64,000 bases of DNA from a bacterium (GTDB taxonomy: Bacteria > Patescibacteriota > Minisyncoccia > Minisyncoccales > CG1-02-41-26): the NCBI GenBank assembly GCA_030603395.1, contig JAUVXX010000002.1, forward strand, positions 15,807 to 79,806. The letters run 5' to 3'. Position numbers and translations under genes: made by a program. The notes under the pieces were generated by a model. That model was not told the DNA's origin, ran no database searches, and saw only the letters and a list, made by a program, of their open reading frames with translations. Each line of letters begins with the position of its first letter. The stretch's first letter is position 1. Positions 57,797-64,000 of this stretch are shown here, one piece after another.

Positions 57797-58015
57797 CTAC
57801 TCTTTAATTTTAATAATTTGTACCGGGCAGACCTCAACTGCCTCTGGGGCACAACCAAGGTCTGAAATCTCAAGTGTTTCCACCTCTGTTTTAGAATCCT
57901 CTTGAGAGCCCTTCAAATGGGCTTTTCCCGCTTCAATCATTTCAAAATATTTGGGACACAAACTAACACAACTTCCACAACCAATACATTTTGCTTTTTC
58001 ATGAATTATTTTCAT
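57797..58015 (-). CDS. Single-cluster ferredoxin (start probably ATG 58015, MKIIHEK)
   Basis: CIGCGSCVSLCP ... AVEVCP. Confidence 0.88.
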   Translation of the reverse strand: MKIIHEKAKCIGCGSCVSLCPKYFEMIEAGKAHLKGSQEDSKTEVETLEISDLGCAPEAVEVCPVQIIKIKE

Positions 58016-59004
58016 AGTGGTTTTTTGATTACTTTCACTCTCGGCCATGAACCCCAATCATCCTTCTTAAGTAAGCCGTTTTTAGCTCCGACTTTCTGGA
58101 TACAACTCGTCGCATTGGCAGTTGCCAGTTGAATAGCATATCTTATATCATTTTTTTTCAAAAGTCCACTCAAAAACCCGCTTCCATAAGCATCTCCAGC
58201 TCCGGTTTTCTCAAGGGGCAAAATCGAGGGAGCGGGAGCCTCAAAAACATATTTACCATCAGAAACCACTGAACCCTCCCTGCCTCCCGTTACCACCACT
58301 ATGCCTCTGGTAAGAGAATTCAATTTTTTAATCGTCATCTCTTGGTTCTGTGCGGGAATTTTTGTTAAGAGAGCCGCTTCCTCTTTATTTAAGATTAAAA
58401 CGTCAATCTGGGAGAGAATTGGCTTCAAAACTTCTTCTCCCAAATTCAGTTGTCTTGATCCCGGATTGACAGCCACCTTTATCTTGTGCTCTCTGGCAAA
58501 TTTTACCAAGGGTTCAAAAAGCTGAACTGATTTCTCGCTTAAAGGCGCCAGATAAAACCATCTAACCTTGGTCAACTTTTCCCAGGGAATATCTGCCCCG
58601 TCCATAAAATGGCAAGCCCCCCGATAAAGTAAAATCGTTCTTTCCCCAATGGGGGAAGAAAGAATAACCGAGTAGGCGGTGGGGTGTTTTTTATCTTTTT
58701 TGATAAACTGAGTTTCCACCTTAAACTTTTTCAGTTCTTCAATCACTGCTTCTCCTCTTTTATCATTACTCACCTTGCTGCAACAAGCCACCTTGAATCC
58801 TTGATGGCTGAAAGTGCAGGCACTGTTGGTGGCTCCTCCCCCGCTGGCCACCTGCAAATTCTCAATAAATATTTTGGCTCCCAGGGGAAAACAAATAGAT
58901 TTGCTTTCTTGGGCTTCCCTCTCTTCCAAAATTCGATAATTCTCTTTCTTTAATCTCAAGAAACTATCCCTGGTCGCCGACCCAAATGTAACAATGTCGT
59001 ACAT
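58012..59004 (-). CDS. PfkB family carbohydrate kinase
   Basis: GGGATN, GERTIL, NKEEA, TGAGDAYGSGF. Confidence 0.92.
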   Translation of the reverse strand: MYDIVTFGSATRDSFLRLKKENYRILEEREAQESKSICFPLGAKIFIENLQVASGGGATNSACTFSHQGFKVACCSKVSNDKRGEAVIEELKKFKVETQFIKKDKKHPTAYSVILSSPIGERTILLYRGACHFMDGADIPWEKLTKVRWFYLAPLSEKSVQLFEPLVKFAREHKIKVAVNPGSRQLNLGEEVLKPILSQIDVLILNKEEAALLTKIPAQNQEMTIKKLNSLTRGIVVVTGGREGSVVSDGKYVFEAPAPSILPLEKTGAGDAYGSGFLSGLLKKNDIRYAIQLATANATSCIQKVGAKNGLLKKDDWGSWPRVKVIKKPL

Positions 59005-59005
59005 A

Positions 59006-61384
59006 TTATTTTTTTAGTTTAGCTAAATTTAAGATTGTTTTAATGACCGTATCGGGATTTAAGGATATGCTTTCAATCCCCTCTTTCATTAAAAACTCAG
59101 CAAACTCCGGAAGATCGCTGGGACCCTGGCCGCAGATTCCGCAGTATTTCTTTTTCATTTTACAAAGTCGGATAACTTTTGAAACCATTTTTTTGATTGC
59201 GAGGTTTCTCTCATCACCAATCTTTTGCAGATAAGCATTATCTCGATCAATACCCAAAGCTAATTGAGTCAAATCGTTACTGCCAATGGACATACCATCA
59301 AATATCTTTAAAAACTCTTCAGCTAAAATCACATTGGAGGGAATTTCACACATCACATAAACCTCAAGTCCATTTTTGCCTCTTTCAAGTCCGGCTTTTT
59401 TCATTATTGTCAAAACCTTTTTTCCTTCTTCAACCGTCCGACAAAAAGGTATCATCACTTTTACATTTTTCAGACCAAAAACGTCGCGAACCCTCTTTAT
59501 TGCCTGACATTCCATCAAGAAGGCAGGTTTGAATTTTTCATCATAATACCGGGAGGCCCCTCGCCAACCAAGCATTGGATTGGCTTCATCTTTTGGTTCA
59601 AATAGTTCTCCGCCAATTAAATTTCGATATTCATTGGTTTTAAAATCAGAGAACCTGACAATCACCTCTTTGGGATAAAAAGCTGCGGCAATTTGAGCAA
59701 TCCCCTCAGCCAACTCTTTGATAAAGTACTCTTTTTTATCCTTGTGTTCAATGGTGATATTTTCAATTTTCTTTTTAATTACCTTGTTTCTTAATTTATT
59801 AAAGTGGTAAAGCGCCAAAGGGTGAACTCTTATTTTTTCAGCGATGATAAATTCCTCTCTGGCTAAGCCCACTCCATCATTGGGCAAAAACGAGGTTTTA
59901 AAAGCAATCTCTGGCGCTCCAATGTTTATCATAATCTTGGTTTTCAATTTGGGAATTTTCTTTAAGTCATATCTTTTTATCTTGAAGGAAACTTTTCCCA
60001 AATAAATTCTTCCGTTTAATCCCTGGGTGCAATCAACAGTTACCAGCTTTCCAGTTTTTAAAATTTGGGTTGCTCTTTCGGTGCCTACAATACAAGGGAT
60101 ACCCAATTCGCGACTCACAATTGCACTGTGGCAGGTTTTTCCTCCTTCATCAGTAACAATGGCTGAGCAATTTCTCATTATCGGAAGCCAATCGGGGTCG
60201 GTCATTTTTGTTACCAAAACTTCTCCTTTCTTGAATTGGGAAATTTTTGAAACGTCAGGAATTAAACGAACTTTACCAAAGCCGATTTTATCGCCGATGG
60301 CCGTGCCTCTTAACAGGGGCGGCTTTTTTGTTTTTATTTGATATTCCTCGAAAACCCTGCCTTTTTTGAGGGCGTGAACAGTTTCTGGTCTTGACTGGAT
60401 AATAAAGAGCTCCCCGGTTTTTCCATCTTTGGCCCACTCAATATCTTGAGGAATCTTATAAAGCTCTTCAATCACAAGGGCCCAGCGAGCTAAAGTTAAG
60501 ATTTCATCATCAGTCAAAGAAAATTTGAGCTGTTTTGAAGAAAGGACATTCACTTCTTTCAATCCTCCTTTTTTATGATAGATATATTTTCTTGTCTTCC
60601 TGCCTAAGTTTTTTAGAATGATTGACCGATATCCCTGTTTTAAAGTTGGCTTGAAAATATAAAATTCATCAGGGGTAATCTTTCCTTTAACAATAAGTTC
60701 TCCTATTCCATAAATTGAATTTATCAAAACTACGTTGTCAAAGCCCGTCTCGGTATCTAAGGTGAACATCACCCCGGAAGATGCCAGGTCGCTTCTTGCC
60801 ATTTTTTGAACGCCAACCGAGAGAGCAAATTTTAATTGGGGAAATCCTTTTTCCTGGCGATAAGCAATCACCCTATCATTAAAAGTTGAGGCCAGACATT
60901 TTTTTACGGCTGTTAAGAGTTTGTCTTTTCCTTTAATGTTTAAAAATGTTTCAAACTGGCCGGCAAACGATGCCTCGGGAGCATCCTCGCAAACCCCAGA
61001 AGACCTCACCGCCACGTCGGCATTTTCTTCTCGGTATTTTTTGCTCAATTTTTTATACGCCTTCTCAATCTCTCGTTTCAAATCTTCTGGGAATTCCGCT
61101 TTTAAAATAAGGGTTCTGGCTGCTTGGCCTGTTTCCTGTAAGCTCTTTAAATTTGCTGGATTAAAATTTTTAAAGATTTCTTTTAATTTCTTGTCAATTT
61201 TGTTCTTCCTCAAGAAATACCAATAAGCACGAGTGCTTAAGCTGAAGCCATCAGGAATATTTACCCCGTTTCTGCTCAATTTTGAGAGCATCTCTCCCAA
61301 AGAGGCATTTTTCCCTCCCACCAAACAAATATCCTTGGAGGAAATTTCCTTAAACCACAGAATATACTTTTGAGATTTTTTCAT
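59006..61384 (-). CDS. ppsA: Phosphoenolpyruvate synthase
   Basis: VGGKNASLGEM, AVRSS, QSRPETV, GGKTCHSAIVSRELG, EANPMLGWRG, SIGSNDLTQ. Confidence 0.97.
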   Translation of the reverse strand: MKKSQKYILWFKEISSKDICLVGGKNASLGEMLSKLSRNGVNIPDGFSLSTRAYWYFLRKNKIDKKLKEIFKNFNPANLKSLQETGQAARTLILKAEFPEDLKREIEKAYKKLSKKYREENADVAVRSSGVCEDAPEASFAGQFETFLNIKGKDKLLTAVKKCLASTFNDRVIAYRQEKGFPQLKFALSVGVQKMARSDLASSGVMFTLDTETGFDNVVLINSIYGIGELIVKGKITPDEFYIFKPTLKQGYRSIILKNLGRKTRKYIYHKKGGLKEVNVLSSKQLKFSLTDDEILTLARWALVIEELYKIPQDIEWAKDGKTGELFIIQSRPETVHALKKGRVFEEYQIKTKKPPLLRGTAIGDKIGFGKVRLIPDVSKISQFKKGEVLVTKMTDPDWLPIMRNCSAIVTDEGGKTCHSAIVSRELGIPCIVGTERATQILKTGKLVTVDCTQGLNGRIYLGKVSFKIKRYDLKKIPKLKTKIMINIGAPEIAFKTSFLPNDGVGLAREEFIIAEKIRVHPLALYHFNKLRNKVIKKKIENITIEHKDKKEYFIKELAEGIAQIAAAFYPKEVIVRFSDFKTNEYRNLIGGELFEPKDEANPMLGWRGASRYYDEKFKPAFLMECQAIKRVRDVFGLKNVKVMIPFCRTVEEGKKVLTIMKKAGLERGKNGLEVYVMCEIPSNVILAEEFLKIFDGMSIGSNDLTQLALGIDRDNAYLQKIGDERNLAIKKMVSKVIRLCKMKKKYCGICGQGPSDLPEFAEFLMKEGIESISLNPDTVIKTILNLAKLKK

Positions 61385-61389
61385 ATAAA

Positions 61390-61890
61390 TTATTTACATT
61401 GGCCAGAATAAAAAGGTATTGAAACACTAATGTCATCTCCACCCCCTATTGTCTTGTCGGAACCTGCCGACCTTAACAAATCCAGTCGGCAAGGATCAGC
61501 TGGAGACTCAAATTCATTTTCATCTACCAAATATGGAGAACCCCAGCCATCTCTCATTCCCGAAGGCAAATTAATCTTAGCTGCCACATTTTCCCAATTC
61601 AAAATACACTGATGGTCATCCGGTAAAATACTTAGGTCATCAATATCCCGACAGACACAATCAGAACAGCCATTACCGGTGATATTTTTAAGGACGTCAT
61701 TGTGTATATATTGAGCTATTATTATCGAGCTGTAAATTTGGTTTATATCATGCTGGGTGGTTGATGTTTTTAGTTTCTCTTGTGAGATGTTATGGGTCAT
61801 CAACACGGTGCTAGCCAGAATTCCGATAATGGCAATCACCACCAAAAGTTCAAGCACCGTAAACCCCGTTTGAAAAGTTTTTTTATCCAC
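61390..61890 (-). CDS. Type IV pilin-like protein; start probably GTG 61890
   Basis: Class III signal peptide GF|TVLELLVVIAIIGILAS; DGWGSPY; Cys-rich head. Confidence 0.85.
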   Translation of the reverse strand: MDKKTFQTGFTVLELLVVIAIIGILASTVLMTHNISQEKLKTSTTQHDINQIYSSIIIAQYIHNDVLKNITGNGCSDCVCRDIDDLSILPDDHQCILNWENVAAKINLPSGMRDGWGSPYLVDENEFESPADPCRLDLLRSAGSDKTIGGGDDISVSIPFYSGQCK

Positions 61891-63817
61891 AAACAATTTT
61901 CTTAATCTTTTCCACGCTCTGGGGATTAGCCAGGGTTGAAAGGTCACCCAGAGGTTCTCCAGTGAATAACTTTTTCAGAATCCGACGCATAATCTTGCCC
62001 GACCTTGTCTTGGGCAAATCTTCAACTAAATAAACCTCCTGGGGTAGGACAATCGGCCCAATTTCTTTTTTAACCTGCTCTACCACCTCTTTTTTTAATT
62101 GTTCAACCGGTTTTTCTGTTTTTTTGGAAACCACAAAAGCTATCGGCACCTCTCCCTTGATTTCATCCGGCTTCCCCACCACGGCGCACCCGATGATGTC
62201 TTCGTGCAAAGCAATGGCGCTTTCCAGCTCTCCAATGGTTATTCGGTGGCCCGCCACCTTAATAACATCATCCACCCTGCCAACAATCCTTACCAGTCCC
62301 GCTTTGTCCCTGTAGGCGGCATCGGAAGTAAAATAAATTTCTTTGCCATATTGTTTCCAATAGGTTTCCAGATATTTTTTGGAGTTTTTGTAAACTCCTC
62401 GTAAAAATCCTGGAGCAAAGGGTGGTAGAATAACCAAATTCCCTTGCTGGTCCGGCCCCAGGGATTTTCCCTTGTTATCTAAAATATCAATCTTAACGCC
62501 CGGGAAAGGCAAACCAATAAATGAGGGTTTGAAAGGTCCCATGCCTGGCAGAGAGCTAATTAAAATTCCACCGCTCTCTGTCTGCCACCAAGTATCAACG
62601 ATGGGACATCTCCTCTTGCCCACTTTTTCAAAATACCAATACCAAGCCGCCTCGTCAAATATCTCACCAACCGAACCTAAAATTCGCAAACTATCTAATT
62701 TATGTTTTTTCAGAAAATCCTCTCCATATTTTTCAAACATCCTGATGGCGGTTGGCGCAGTATAAAAAACTGTTACTTGATGTTTATCAACAATCTGGCA
62801 CCATCTATCGGGCTCGGGCCAATCAGGCGCTCCCTCAAAAATGAGAGTGGTGATGCCATTTAATAAGGGAGAATAAACTCCGTAGGTATGCCCGGTAATC
62901 CATCCTATATCAGCTGTACACCAAAAAATGTCATTCTCATGCCAATCAAATATCCATTTGCCGGTAAATTTTGCCTGAACAGCATAGCCACCGCAAGTGT
63001 GCATTATCTGCTTGGGGTGACCAGTACTTCCACTGGTTGCCAATAAAAACAGTAAGTCCTCCGAGTCCATTATTTCAGGCTGGCACTGGTCGCTCTCATC
63101 CTTTACCAACTCATGCCACCAGAGATCTCGCCCCTCCTGCCAGGGAATTTCGTTGCCTGCCCTTTTGACTACAATTACCTTCTCTACCTCTGTCTCTTTA
63201 ACGCCCTCATCGGCATTTTCTTTCAAATTCATAATCTTTCCTCTCCTGTAATATCCATCAGCCGTGATTAGAATCTTAGCTCCCGTGTCTTGTAATCTTA
63301 TCTTCAGAGCAGCTGGTGAAAAAGCTGAAAAAACCACGCTGTGAACGGCCCCTATCCTGGCACAACTCAACATGGCAATGATGGCTTCAGGAACCATAGG
63401 CAGATAAATACCGACCCTGTCTCCTTTTTTCACTCCAAGTTTCTTTAAGACATTACTGAACTTATTAACCTCCCTTAAAAGTTCTTGGTAACTCAAAACC
63501 CTGGCTTGTTCCTCAATGGGTTCAGGAATCCAAATCAAGGCCGGCTTATTTGCCCTTTCCTTTAAATTTTCATCAAGAGCATTTTGGGTAATATTTATCT
63601 TCCCTCCCTTGAACCACTCAAAGTAAGGCGGGTCGTGAGAAAACCCTTTCTCCCATTTTTTTGACCACTTGAGGTCTTGAGCTAATTCTTCCCAAAATTT
63701 AACCGGGTCTTTGGCTGCTTTTTGATAAATCGCTTCATCTTTCAGCTGAGCCCCTTTTTTAAGTTCTTCCCCGGGGAAATACAAATCCCCTTTTTTGATT
63801 ATGTCTTCTTTTCCCAT
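61883..63817 (-). CDS. acs: AMP-forming acetyl/acyl-CoA synthetase
   Basis: TSGSTG.PK, ADIGWITGH, DTWWQTESG, GRVDDVI...GHR, PKTRSGK. Confidence 0.92.
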   Translation of the reverse strand: MGKEDIIKKGDLYFPGEELKKGAQLKDEAIYQKAAKDPVKFWEELAQDLKWSKKWEKGFSHDPPYFEWFKGGKINITQNALDENLKERANKPALIWIPEPIEEQARVLSYQELLREVNKFSNVLKKLGVKKGDRVGIYLPMVPEAIIAMLSCARIGAVHSVVFSAFSPAALKIRLQDTGAKILITADGYYRRGKIMNLKENADEGVKETEVEKVIVVKRAGNEIPWQEGRDLWWHELVKDESDQCQPEIMDSEDLLFLLATSGSTGHPKQIMHTCGGYAVQAKFTGKWIFDWHENDIFWCTADIGWITGHTYGVYSPLLNGITTLIFEGAPDWPEPDRWCQIVDKHQVTVFYTAPTAIRMFEKYGEDFLKKHKLDSLRILGSVGEIFDEAAWYWYFEKVGKRRCPIVDTWWQTESGGILISSLPGMGPFKPSFIGLPFPGVKIDILDNKGKSLGPDQQGNLVILPPFAPGFLRGVYKNSKKYLETYWKQYGKEIYFTSDAAYRDKAGLVRIVGRVDDVIKVAGHRITIGELESAIALHEDIIGCAVVGKPDEIKGEVPIAFVVSKKTEKPVEQLKKEVVEQVKKEIGPIVLPQEVYLVEDLPKTRSGKIMRRILKKLFTGEPLGDLSTLANPQSVEKIKKIVCG

Positions 63818-63899
63818 ATTTATTTATTTTAACAAAAAAATCAAAAATAAAAAAGCTATGCAGAACATAGCTATTCAAATTTCTAAAGAATTCAACTTT

Positions 63900-64000
<101 letters not shown>

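Overview
This is a core-chromosome segment of a small-genome bacterium, inferred to be Patescibacteria/CPR (Parcubacteria-like). The inference rests on divergent intron-containing rRNAs, a split rRNA operon, a shortened RF1 and EF-Ts, and tightly overlapping genes. TGA is used as a stop codon. In order, the window holds: fmt; an expanded AmmeMemoRadiSam (amrS/amrB/amrA) cluster interrupted by a four-gene cassette (two lycopene-cyclase-like membrane proteins, a third small membrane protein, a geranylgeranyl-reductase-family flavoprotein); thpR; cell-wall/division genes interleaved with tRNA synthetases; a Xer recombinase with an 11-6-11 dif-like site in its own leader; pyrG; grpE-dnaK-dnaJ; mreCD-pbp2; a split 16S / tRNA-Ile-Ala / three CDS / 23S-5S locus; rpsB-tsf; rpmE-prfA; and a gap-acs-pilin-ppsA-pfkB-ferredoxin-rplY block. 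The main observations are: (1) the 16S 3' tail lacks the anti-Shine-Dalgarno CCUCCU while at least eight operon-leading genes have a -10 box only 6-8 nt before the start codon, suggesting widespread leaderless translation; (2) a group II intron carrying a LAGLIDADG ORF, with non-canonical ends, sits at about C1399/C1400 of 16S; (3) an ORF-less group I intron sits at 23S position 1931; (4) the xer-dif module; (5) the cyclase/reductase cassette; (6) short palindromes and tandem repeats lie in-frame inside genes and inside rRNA. All calls come from reading motifs by eye; no database searches or folding programs were run.
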